Origin: an uncultured virus (IMG/VR IMGVR_UViG_2061766007_000872) | Lineage: Duplodnaviria > Heunggongvirae > Uroviricota > Caudoviricetes | Strand: one strand, 5' to 3' | DNA: 41,970 bases | IMG/VR virus record: IMGVR_UViG_2061766007_000872 | In this document: piece by piece, positions 21,746 through 29,503 of the stretch | Numbering within the stretch: the first letter of the stretch is position 1 | How the letters are laid out: each line of letters opens with the position of its first letter | Translations under genes and position numbers: made by a program | The notes under the pieces: generated by a model | What the model was told of the DNA's origin: nothing | Databases searched by the model: none | The model's input: the letters and a program-made list of their open reading frames with translations, nothing else

Positions 21746-21997
21746 ATGGAATATTATTGGTTCACACATTGTAGTTTTGATAGAAAAGGAAATAAGAAAA
21801 TTAAAGGCTTTGTTGTTTCAATCAAAGAAATTGAAAATGCTATCCTAAATCATGATTGGGATATGTTTCGTTTTTATCAAGTACTATTAAATAGAATCTA
21901 CAATTCAAATAAAGTAGAATGTGATTTAGTTTTTTTACCTAATATTACAAAAGAAGATTTTATGAAAATCGACCATGTAGAACATGAATGTGGTTAA
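21746..21997 (+). CDS. Hypothetical protein
   Basis: RBS GAGAGGTG; the variant copy shows mainly synonymous changes, supporting coding status. Confidence 0.75.
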   Translation: MEYYWFTHCSFDRKGNKKIKGFVVSIKEIENAILNHDWDMFRFYQVLLNRIYNSNKVECDLVFLPNITKEDFMKIDHVEHECG

Positions 21998-22009
21998 AGA
22001 GGTATTATT

Positions 22010-22402
22010 ATGAAAAAGAATTATTTTAAAGCTTTAGAATGGAACCATACAGTTACTAAACACAAGGATGGTTCTATTACTGTTAAAATGCTTGGTCCAA
22101 AAGATGACCAATATATTTCTGCTCCAGCTTATACTTTAGCTCCAAGTGAAGTAGTTGAAGATGATGTTAAGGTAGAGGACTATGAACGTGACTATACTCG
22201 TACTCATAAAGATGGTTGGACTATCACCGGAAAACTTCAAGAAGACTGGTATGTATGGGTAAATGACTTTGAAGCTACTAAAGAAGATGGTAGCTTTGTT
22301 AAGGGTAATTTTGAAAATGAGATTAAAGCCTCATCAGTGAAAGCTTTAAGGAATTTCTTAAAGAATCATACTCCAGATGCTTGGGACTATTGGGATATTT
22401 AG
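22010..22402 (+). CDS. Hypothetical protein
   Basis: RBS GAGG, 130 aa ORF. Confidence 0.7.
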   Translation: MKKNYFKALEWNHTVTKHKDGSITVKMLGPKDDQYISAPAYTLAPSEVVEDDVKVEDYERDYTRTHKDGWTITGKLQEDWYVWVNDFEATKEDGSFVKGNFENEIKASSVKALRNFLKNHTPDAWDYWDI

Positions 22403-22413
22403 GAGGAATAATT

Positions 22414-22962
22414 ATGAACCCATATAAAGATATAAAAGCTGAAAAGGGAAGATTTGAAAATCTCGAAGAAACATTCGAAGAAGGACAAGAATGGAGCGAA
22501 GAAATTGTCAATTACTTTGATGAAAATTATAAAGCACAAATGGAAGCCTTACTTCATTTAATCAACCTAGCATATGAATTAGGAAGAAACGAAGCAGGAA
22601 TGCCTTTAAAAAACGGNNNNNNNNNNNNNNNNNNNNNNNNNNNNNNNNNNNNNNNNNNNNNNNNNNNNNNNNNNNNNNNNNNNNNNNNNNNNNNNNNNNN
22701 NNNNNNATTCTTAACAATAGCACTTCGTAACTATACAGAAGTTGAAATTATTAATGAAGAAATCTTAGATAAGTTTAAAGAATTCAATCGTAATCAAGAG
22801 TACAATGCATTACTTAGTCATTGTGTTCACATGGCTAATCTTGAAGGAATAGCTACTATGCCTGAATACTTTATGAAATATCCACCTGAAGAAATGAATC
22901 TTCCAGAAGAAAAGTTAAAAGAGTTTAAACAATATTTAAAGGATGCTGGTTGTATTGCATAA
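22414..22962 (+). CDS. Hypothetical protein(s), interrupted by N gap
   Basis: RBS AGGAGG, ATG 22414; could be two genes. Confidence 0.55.
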   Translation: MNPYKDIKAEKGRFENLEETFEEGQEWSEEIVNYFDENYKAQMEALLHLINLAYELGRNEAGMPLKNXXXXXXXXXXXXXXXXXXXXXXXXXXXXXXXFLTIALRNYTEVEIINEEILDKFKEFNRNQEYNALLSHCVHMANLEGIATMPEYFMKYPPEEMNLPEEKLKEFKQYLKDAGCIA

Positions 22963-22981
22963 AGGAGAATTGGAATTTTTT

Positions 22982-23245
22982 ATGAACAAAGGTTTAAAGG
23001 CATTAAATAGAATTATTGAAAGGTTGCAAAATGGCGAAAAAATAATTGCAAGAGATTACGATGCCATTGAGAAAGAACTTAAAGCATTAGAGATTATTAA
23101 AGAAAAAAGAGTTTGTGTTTATGCTTTATTAAATTCAATATCCGCAAATATTTATAATGCAATAATTGATAATGATTTAGAAGGATTGAATTTACCGCAT
23201 ATAACTCAAGAAGAATATGACTTATTAAGAAAGGTGTTGTTATGA
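22982..23245 (+). CDS. Hypothetical protein, paralogue of 31978..32266
   Basis: MNKGLKAL..DYDAIEKELK..EEYDLLRKVL versus MNEGLEAL..DYSTIEKELK..EEYNLLKEVL. Confidence 0.7.
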   Translation: MNKGLKALNRIIERLQNGEKIIARDYDAIEKELKALEIIKEKRVCVYALLNSISANIYNAIIDNDLEGLNLPHITQEEYDLLRKVLL

Positions 23246-23661
23246 GAAGATTAACTTATAAACGCGGCAAAGGTTGGCTTGTTGAAAATAACATTGAATA
23301 TGGCTTTNNNNNNNNNNNNNNNNNNNNAGACTGTGTAGACAAACTTGGTCAATTAGAAGATATCGAAGAAGAACGCGGCATTGATTTAATGGCTTTTTCA
23401 AAACTTTTGTGTGCGCTAGACAAAGAGTGTGTATATGTAAAAGTTAAAAAGACAAAGCAATACAATGGTTATTCTATTGATGAAGAAACAGGTGAAATTG
23501 GAAGAAAAGTTATCGCTAGATTTTCTCGTTATGCCAACGGAACAAGAGATTGGTTCTTTACAATTTCTTTCACCGACATTTCTAGTGTTAATCATTATTT
23601 GCTAAAAGACTATGGCAAGACCTGGGCATTAACAGAGGAGGAACTAAATAATGGTAGATAA
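23242..23661 (+). CDS. Hypothetical protein, paralogue of 32256..32651
   Basis: Shared IEEE/QxGIDL and YGKTWALTxxEL. Confidence 0.7.
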   Translation: MRRLTYKRGKGWLVENNIEYGFXXXXXXXDCVDKLGQLEDIEEERGIDLMAFSKLLCALDKECVYVKVKKTKQYNGYSIDEETGEIGRKVIARFSRYANGTRDWFFTISFTDISSVNHYLLKDYGKTWALTEEELNNGR

Positions 23662-23863
23662 AATAATTGATATTTGGTTTAAGGCTTGGATGGTTTTCCT
23701 TGCTCTTTTGGTTACATTATTAATATTTGGTATCACTCTTGTAATAAGTATTTGTACAGGCAATTGGTGGGTTATGTTAGGTAATCTAGCATATATCCTT
23801 ATTGGGCCTGCGTTCGTAATCTTGTGGGCAGACATAATTGAATGGTTAAAATTTGATATATAA
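23651..23863 (+). CDS. Small membrane protein (two TM)
   Basis: Two hydrophobic stretches, RBS GAGG. Confidence 0.65.
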   Translation: MVDKIIDIWFKAWMVFLALLVTLLIFGITLVISICTGNWWVMLGNLAYILIGPAFVILWADIIEWLKFDI

Positions 23864-24041
23864 AGAGAAAANNNNNNNNNNAATCACGTTGAACATGAAT
23901 GTGGTTAAAGAAGTGTCGCTATGAGAAGAAATATCAACAAAACAAAATTGAATCAACGTAATCCTGGCAAATCAACATATGAGTTAGAGATTGCTAGAAG
24001 AAAAATTGATGAGCAAAGTGAATGTAGAAAGAAGTATCAAA

Positions 24042-24365
24042 ATGAATAATGTAAGAGATGGTTTAAAAAGATTAGCAGAAAGAGTTAGACAGTCATATTA
24101 CACTGAGCAATTAGGAGAATATGATGTACTTCAATTTGTGCAAGATGTTCATGAGATAGATGTATTAATCAGTAAATATGAAAAATGTCAAGAATTAGTA
24201 GACATCATTTTTAAGGCATTAACTTCTAATAGTAAGAATGTCTACAGTAGAATTTTTGAAGATAAAGCAGAATGTGGTTGGATTACTCAAGAAGAATGTG
24301 ATAGAATACTTGCTGAAATTGAATGTTGGAATAAAAGCAAAAAACAACATACAGATTCAAAGTAA
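24042..24365 (+). CDS. Hypothetical protein
   Basis: ATG 24042 overlaps the stop of a 42-aa ORF at 23921..24049. Confidence 0.6.
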   Translation: MNNVRDGLKRLAERVRQSYYTEQLGEYDVLQFVQDVHEIDVLISKYEKCQELVDIIFKALTSNSKNVYSRIFEDKAECGWITQEECDRILAEIECWNKSKKQHTDSK

Positions 24366-24379
24366 TTGTATAATATATT

Positions 24380-24496
24380 ACCAAGCAAGACCGAGACATC
24401 TACCTTAAGGGTATAGCAAGTGGGCAAGTAAATGATGCTCTTTGGGATTATGGACATATGTCTGTAAGCACAGTGTAGACAATGCTCTACACTTTT
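24380..24496 (+). ncRNA. Candidate small RNA A (~115 nt)
   Basis: TTGTATAATAT at 24366; no ORF; hairpins TACC/GGTA and TTATGGAC/GTCTGTAA; terminal AGTGTAGA/TCTACACT plus T tract. Confidence 0.5.
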
Positions 24497-24497
24497 A

Positions 24498-24529
24498 TTG
24501 TATAATATAGTGAATGCTAAATTAAGTGA
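24498..24529 (+). promoter_or_regulatory. Tandem TTGTATAATAT and TGCTAAATTAAGTGA motifs
   Basis: 24498-24508 and 24515-24529. Confidence 0.65.
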
Positions 24530-24647
24530 ATCAATGAGTCAACATGTATGTTAGGACTCAGGTATATAAATTCATTGATTCTTATCTAACTAATTAGTTT
24601 AGGATTTTAGTTAGATATGTAAAAGAATTAAAAGGAGAATTTAATCA

Positions 24648-25061
24648 ATGGCTAAAGAAAAAGAATTAGTTCGTGAAAACGAATGCAATGAAATGACAGA
24701 TGCTCAAAGGGAAGCAATTGTCTACCGTTCAAAATTATTAAACAAATACTTTGAAAACTACTCAGACATGCTAAAAGAAGAAGCAGAGTTTAAGAGAGTT
24801 AATGAAGAAAAACTTAAAAAACAAGAGGAAAAGAAGGCCAGAGCAAAGGAAGTTGAAGAGGCATATCTCCAATATGAAGAAGTGAAAAGAAAAGCCTACA
24901 GCGAGATTTCCGAAGCAGAACAAAAATGGGTTGAACTTAGAAATAAGTTTGCACAAGACTACGGTGGCTACCACATGACATACACAAACAACAATGGAGA
25001 GACACAAATCTCATTTGGTGACATTGTGATGTCACACTTAATTGAAAATTTCTTACACTAA
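24648..25061 (+). CDS. Coiled-coil hypothetical protein with structured leader
   Basis: RBS AAAGGAG, Glu/Lys-rich helix, own terminator. Confidence 0.75.
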   Translation: MAKEKELVRENECNEMTDAQREAIVYRSKLLNKYFENYSDMLKEEAEFKRVNEEKLKKQEEKKARAKEVEEAYLQYEEVKRKAYSEISEAEQKWVELRNKFAQDYGGYHMTYTNNNGETQISFGDIVMSHLIENFLH

Positions 25062-25089
25062 GGATTCAATAAACTGAGTCCTTTTTTTT
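25060..25089 (+). terminator. Intrinsic terminator
   Basis: AAGGATTCA-ATAAAC-TGAGTCCTT plus T tract. Confidence 0.8.
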
Positions 25090-25110
25090 ATTTTTATTGT
25101 ATAATATATT

Positions 25111-25404
25111 GTGAGTGAGTAAACACCGCGCTAGGAATAAAAGCCTAATAAATAAAATCCAGTGAAGGCTTGAGGATATTAAAATCTAACGTATGGGCCA
25201 AAGTGCTTGGAATAAATAGNNNNNNNNNNNNNNNNNNNNNTGAATCTAAGTATAACTGAATGTTGATTTGGCGCTAACAAAGGCTTGCAAGTGAACAGAG
25301 GCCAGTTATCAGGCGACAAAAAATAGTTTAGAGTATGGGTGACAAAGGGTAAAACTAAGCGCCGAAATATGATAGCAAGAAAGACTTGAAATATAGTCTT
25401 TTTT
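25111..25404 (+). ncRNA. Candidate structured RNA B (~290 nt)
   Basis: TTGTATAATAT at 25097; GC-richer than flanks; no + strand ORF; several helices; terminator AAGACT/AGTCTT plus T tract. Confidence 0.6.
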
Positions 25405-25414
25405 ATTTTCTCTA

Positions 25415-25443
25415 TTGACAACTATTTAATATAATGATAAACT
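25415..25443 (+). promoter_or_regulatory. SigmaA-type promoter TTGACA-17-TAAACT
   Basis: Canonical spacing with TGn extension. Confidence 0.65.
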
Positions 25444-25449
25444 ATACTC

Positions 25450-25620
25450 GTGAGTTGCAATTGCACATATAACTCCAGGTAAATGCTAAAGTGTCAAGTG
25501 CAAAAGTTCTTCAATGGGGGTGTTTCAATTTCAAAAGAAGAATACCTAATGTGAAACTAGCGTAGGGACGCCACACTAGTTTCTAGACACAATAGAGAGT
25601 CTCTTGTAGATTCTCTTTTA
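25450..25620 (+). ncRNA. Candidate structured RNA C (~170 nt)
   Basis: GAGTTG/TAACTC hairpin; GTGTC/GACAC closing TTCTTC/GAAGAA and GAAACTAG/CTAGTTTC arms; terminator AGAGAGTCT/AGATTCTCT plus T tract. Confidence 0.6.
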
Positions 25621-25628
25621 TTTTTTTA

Positions 25629-25657
25629 TTGACAAATTATTGATATACTTATAAAAT
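25629..25657 (+). promoter_or_regulatory. SigmaA-type promoter TTGACA-17-TAAAAT
   Basis: Canonical spacing ahead of ATG 25678. Confidence 0.75.
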
Positions 25658-25677
25658 GGTTGTAGAGGTATATTGTT

Positions 25678-26603
25678 ATGAACATAAAAGATAAATCATC
25701 TGAGATTAAATTTACTAAAGAATACATTCAGAACACTCTTATAGAAATTCAAGATGCAACACAGCATCAAGATTATACTAAGGTTAAAGAAATAATGAAA
25801 AATTATGGTCTTAGTGCTTCAGTTGAGGACATTGATTTATTAAGACAATTAGCAAAGATACTTGATACTGAGATTCCAAAAGAAAGACTTTTGCGAATAA
25901 AAGAGGACCGAGATTTTGAAATATTTAAAGAGAAAATGAAACTTCATGAACTCTATTTGAAAAATGACCCCTCAGGTGTTAGGGCAGAAATTATAGGTCT
26001 AAATTTAAGAGGAAGAGTGTTAAGTGGATATAATTTTTCCTGTGCACAAATTAGAGATACTGACTTTAGTGCTTGCGCATTACCATATGCTAATTTTTGT
26101 AATGCATATCTTTATAATGTTAATTTTACAGGTGCTATCTTAAAGTATGCAAATCTTTCGGCTACTCTTTANNNNNNNNNNNNNNNNNNNNNNNNNNNNN
26201 NNNNNNNNNNNNNNNNNNNNNNNATAAAGACAAGAAAAAACTTGAGGATTATAAACATAGAACAGGAGTTTGTCTAAATAAACATATTATTGGTTGGAAA
26301 AAATGTCATTTGCCAAATGTTTTTTACCGTAAAGTTTTAGTTAAATTAGAAATTCCTAGAGGTGCTGTTGTATTCTCAATTAATAATGATAAATGTAGAA
26401 CAAACATGGCTAAAGTACTTGATATTGTATCTTTAGATGGAAAGAAACATTACAAACTTGCTTATGCTGGTTACAAATTATTTAAATATCGTGTAGGTAA
26501 AGAAATCTTTGAACCTAACTTCAATTGTCAATACAATGTTGAATGTGCAGAAGGTATACATTTCTTCAGAAATAAAAGGAGTGCAATCAATTATTATGGA
26601 TAA
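25678..26603 (+). CDS. Pentapeptide-repeat protein with C-terminal DUF5758-like domain (one gene across N gap)
   Basis: A(D/N)(L/F)xx repeats. After the gap the frame is open through IIGWKKC..VKLEIP..KCRT..AKV..CAEGIHFF. Confidence 0.75.
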
Positions 26604-26778
26604 GAAATTTGTAGTTTATCATTATCTAATGGATTCAAATCTTGAAAGTACATTGAATGAAATGGCAGATAATGGATATGAACTAATTCATCTACATACA
26701 AGAAATGAGTTTGACACTTATTACAAACATGACAAAAATATACATCTAGCAGTATTCAAGAAGATTGAAGAAAAATAG
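26596..26778 (+). CDS. Small protein, DUF4177-like
   Basis: MDKKFVVY..LESTLNEMADNGYELI pattern. Confidence 0.5.
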   Translation: MDKKFVVYHYLMDSNLESTLNEMADNGYELIHLHTRNEFDTYYKHDKNIHLAVFKKIEEK

Positions 26779-26790
26779 TTGTATAATATA

Positions 26791-26910
26791 GTGACCAGAA
26801 GGTGCGCCTAATGGGATAAGTGGTGAATCCATCGTTTATATGAGTAGAGTAGTTTGATACTTTTCTAGTCAGTGACTCATATTTCTGTTAAACTCTATTA
26901 GATAGAGAAA
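26791..26910 (+). ncRNA. Candidate structured RNA D or extended leader (~120 nt)
   Basis: TTGTATAATAT at 26779; CAGAA/TTCTG closing GGAT/ATCC and TATGAGT/ACTCATA arms; CTCTA/TAGAG hairpin. Confidence 0.45.
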
Positions 26911-26917
26911 AAGTATT

Positions 26918-26932
26918 TGCTAAATTTAATGG
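26918..26932 (+). promoter_or_regulatory. Putative late-promoter motif TGCTAAATTTAATGG
   Basis: Motif copy 11 nt upstream of the riboswitch P1. Confidence 0.65.
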
Positions 26933-26943
26933 CCGCATATCAT

Positions 26944-27022
26944 ATGAAATAAAGGGCACACTTACAGTGATGTAAGGTCGCAAAACTATGAGTCTCATTA
27001 GAGATTGTCAAGTCGCTTTCAT
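26944..27022 (+). ncRNA. c-di-GMP-I (GEMM) riboswitch aptamer
   Basis: P1 ATGAAA/TTTCAT; AAAGGGCACA; P2 CTTACA-GTGA-TGTAAG (GNRA loop); GTCGCAAA junction; P3 ACT..GTCTC/GAGAT..GTCAAGTCGC. Ligand-contact equivalents G20, A47 and C92 are retained. Confidence 0.88.
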
Positions 27023-27044
27023 GGAAACATGAAGGCTTTTATTT
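27015..27044 (+). terminator. Riboswitch expression-platform terminator
   Basis: GCTTTCATG-GAAA-CATGAAGGC-TTTTATTT; the 5' arm overlaps the 3' strand of P1. Confidence 0.88.
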
Positions 27045-27070
27045 GCAAAAAGCAAAGGAGAATATACAAA

Positions 27071-27646
27071 ATGAAATTAAGAAACAAATTAAGCATCATC
27101 ACAGTAGCATCTATGTTGGCATTTATGGGTGCTGGTTTCGCAGCATGGACATTCAACAATAGTGTTGCACAAGAAAGTGAATCTGGTACATATGTCACTT
27201 CTGCTATTAGTGCGAAAAATGTTACATTAAGTGGCAATACTACTGTGTACTTAGTTTTAGACCAAGCAAAACCATATTGGTCAACAGCGGTCAACACAGG
27301 CTCTAAGCCAGTTGAATTAGCCAATGGTAAAATTACAGTTGCTCCTGATTATGATTTACAAAATCAAAATGATGGTGCATCTTGGACATGGACTTTAACA
27401 AGTGTCATTGACATTGATTCTGACATTGCTAACTATGTGAATGTTACAGGTTTTGACACAACAAATAAAACAGGTACAATTCATGCAAATGTTGGTGAAA
27501 CAATTTCTCCAGTTGACTACAATCTTCCAACATTATCTTACACTGCTAATAAGCCAAGCACTTATGCAGAATATCAAGATATGTTAAGTGATGTTAATGG
27601 TAAAGTTATTACATTTACATTTAACTGCACATTTGTTGAAGACTAA
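27071..27646 (+). CDS. Secreted protein with SipW-class signal peptide (TasA/camelysin-like fibre subunit candidate)
   Basis: RBS AAAGGAG; MKLRNKLSIITVASMLAFMGAGFA-AWTF; beta-rich body ending ITFTFNCTFVED. Confidence 0.7.
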   Translation: MKLRNKLSIITVASMLAFMGAGFAAWTFNNSVAQESESGTYVTSAISAKNVTLSGNTTVYLVLDQAKPYWSTAVNTGSKPVELANGKITVAPDYDLQNQNDGASWTWTLTSVIDIDSDIANYVNVTGFDTTNKTGTIHANVGETISPVDYNLPTLSYTANKPSTYAEYQDMLSDVNGKVITFTFNCTFVED

Positions 27647-27658
27647 TAGGAGAGACTA

Positions 27659-28450
27659 ATGAACTCAATTACGATTATCACAATAGTCGTAGTTGCACTC
27701 TTAACAATAATTATCTTTGGTTTAACTTTATTATCTTATAAAGCATGTTTAAAAGCATACAAATTTGAAGTTAATAATGGAAATCATGATAAGCAAATTA
27801 AGAAAGATTATCTTAACAAAAAGAAAAAAGGAGGGCTACTAGGACTAATTGGTTCGTATGTAGTCCTTTCTCTTCTTGTGGGATTATTTGCTTGTGGAAT
27901 AGTTTATAAAGCAAGCAACAATAACATTATTATCAATAATCAAACTGCACTTGTTATTAGAAGTGGCTCAATGTCAGATTTCTATGATGAAGAAATTGCA
28001 AATGAGTTAGATAATAATAAGAGTTTACAATTTGATGTTGGTGATATATGTCTATTTGAAAAAGTATCTTTAGATGATGAATTGATACCTGGTCAAGTAT
28101 ATGGTTATAAATATAAAAATATAATCATCACGCATAGACTAGTTTCAATAGATTCAAATAATTGTAAGTTTAGAGGAGACAACAATAAGACATTTGATGG
28201 AAATGTTTCTCGTGAGAATGTCATCTTTCACTATGTAGGAAAGAAACTTCCAGGTGTTGGTGCTTTTGTACTCTATGCTCAGTCTTACTTCGGTATTTGG
28301 TCTCTTGTAAGCATCATTGGTGTAGCAATTAGTTCTGAAGTTGTATATCATAAAATAGATGTTATTAATAAAGATAGATTTAAAATCATTTGTCCTATAC
28401 TTCCAGAACCAGAAGTGAAGAAAAGAGGGAAGAAGAATGAAACTAGGTAG
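27659..28450 (+). CDS. sipW: Signal peptidase I, SipW/ER-type (Ser-His)
   Basis: VIRSGSMS, VGDI, IITHRLV, FRGDNN..DG motifs; two N-terminal and one C-terminal hydrophobic segments. Confidence 0.88.
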   Translation: MNSITIITIVVVALLTIIIFGLTLLSYKACLKAYKFEVNNGNHDKQIKKDYLNKKKKGGLLGLIGSYVVLSLLVGLFACGIVYKASNNNIIINNQTALVIRSGSMSDFYDEEIANELDNNKSLQFDVGDICLFEKVSLDDELIPGQVYGYKYKNIIITHRLVSIDSNNCKFRGDNNKTFDGNVSRENVIFHYVGKKLPGVGAFVLYAQSYFGIWSLVSIIGVAISSEVVYHKIDVINKDRFKIICPILPEPEVKKRGKKNETR

Positions 28451-29420
28451 AAAACTTCTAATTCCAATAATTAGTCTCTTTGCAACATTTCTGCTCGTTG
28501 GAACAACATTTGCTGCCTGGACAACTAACAATGCAAACAGTACAGATGCGCTTGTTCCTGTAGAGGTTTTAAATTGGACATTTGAAGATATTGATTTTGC
28601 CAAGTCATCTAATCTATTAAGTGCTACTAATTTAAATGTCACTAAAGAAGAAACAATTACTCAAAATAGTAATGAAGCGATTAGAATCACAAGTACAACA
28701 GGAACATCAACAAAAGACCACATTATTAATATTAACTTAGATAGAGATTACTACTTATCTGAGATTAAGTATTATAAGTTTGAATTTGATTATTATCATA
28801 GATATAAAAGAGAACAACATGATAAGGGATTTCCTAAAGTTCAATTTACAATTAATAATTCTACTTTAGGTAGTGACCAAGGTGGAACAGACACATGTAC
28901 AAGTAAGTCTCCATTTGTTGCTACTGCTATTGATGAAGATTGGTGGCATTTAGAGTATTACATATTCGCTCATATGCCGACAATGGCCAAACATGGTGAT
29001 ACACCAATTGCTCTAACTAAGAAAATAAATGGTGTCAGAATCAATGATAGAACTATGTATGATTATGCAGGTACTACTGCTTTTGCAATTATTGATAATA
29101 TGTCATTTAGTGAAGAGCCTGCTCCGAGATTAGGCATCTTTAACAGATGGACAAGTGCTACTGCCGGACAACCATTTTGGTTTAAAGTTGCATTCTCAGG
29201 TGAGTTACATTCAGTTAAACTTTATTCAAGTGATACCAGTGTAGCAGTTCCAGAATTTGACCCAACAGATATAATTTCTACAAGTGCTCCATTTCCTAAT
29301 GGAAGCCCATTTTACTTTAATCTTTTACAAGCAGGTAAAGTTCAATTTACAGCAGTATTGGAAGTTGGAGAGAATCATGATGTGTTTACTGTTACTTCAG
29401 ATACATTCACTGTTAACTAA
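28437..29420 (+). CDS. Secreted protein with SipW-class signal peptide; carbohydrate-binding-like and Ig-like regions
   Basis: MKLGRKLLIPIISLFATFLLVGTTFA-AWT; WWHLEY..IIDNMSF beta-sandwich pattern; SSDTSVA..AGKVQFTA Ig-like end. Confidence 0.7.
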   Translation: MKLGRKLLIPIISLFATFLLVGTTFAAWTTNNANSTDALVPVEVLNWTFEDIDFAKSSNLLSATNLNVTKEETITQNSNEAIRITSTTGTSTKDHIININLDRDYYLSEIKYYKFEFDYYHRYKREQHDKGFPKVQFTINNSTLGSDQGGTDTCTSKSPFVATAIDEDWWHLEYYIFAHMPTMAKHGDTPIALTKKINGVRINDRTMYDYAGTTAFAIIDNMSFSEEPAPRLGIFNRWTSATAGQPFWFKVAFSGELHSVKLYSSDTSVAVPEFDPTDIISTSAPFPNGSPFYFNLLQAGKVQFTAVLEVGENHDVFTVTSDTFTVN

Positions 29421-29463
29421 AAATATTGTATAATATTATGATTAGATGAAGTCGTTTAATAGA

Positions 29464-29478
29464 TGCTAAATTAAATAG
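29464..29478 (+). promoter_or_regulatory. Putative late-promoter motif TGCTAAATTAAATAG
   Basis: Identical to the copy at 18669; followed only by a short non-coding stretch and a terminator. Confidence 0.55.
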
Positions 29479-29503
29479 AATTGAAAAAGATAAAACTTTT
29501 TGC

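Noticed and set aside
10964..25491. TGCTAAAG at ~10964 and ~25484 as further late motifs
   Set aside because: They lack the TTWARTGA half and sit inside a terminator loop or an RNA body.
24380..26910. tRNA, tmRNA, RNase P, 6S, glmS, c-di-AMP or group I intron identity for the non-coding units
   Set aside because: Only short coincidental words match (AACTAAGCGCC, GGTGAATCC, ATATAGTC); the required cores and T-loop/CCA ends are absent.
27005..27070. TTG start at 27005 for the first operon gene
   Set aside because: It lies inside the aptamer/terminator; the RBS and signal peptide indicate ATG 27071.
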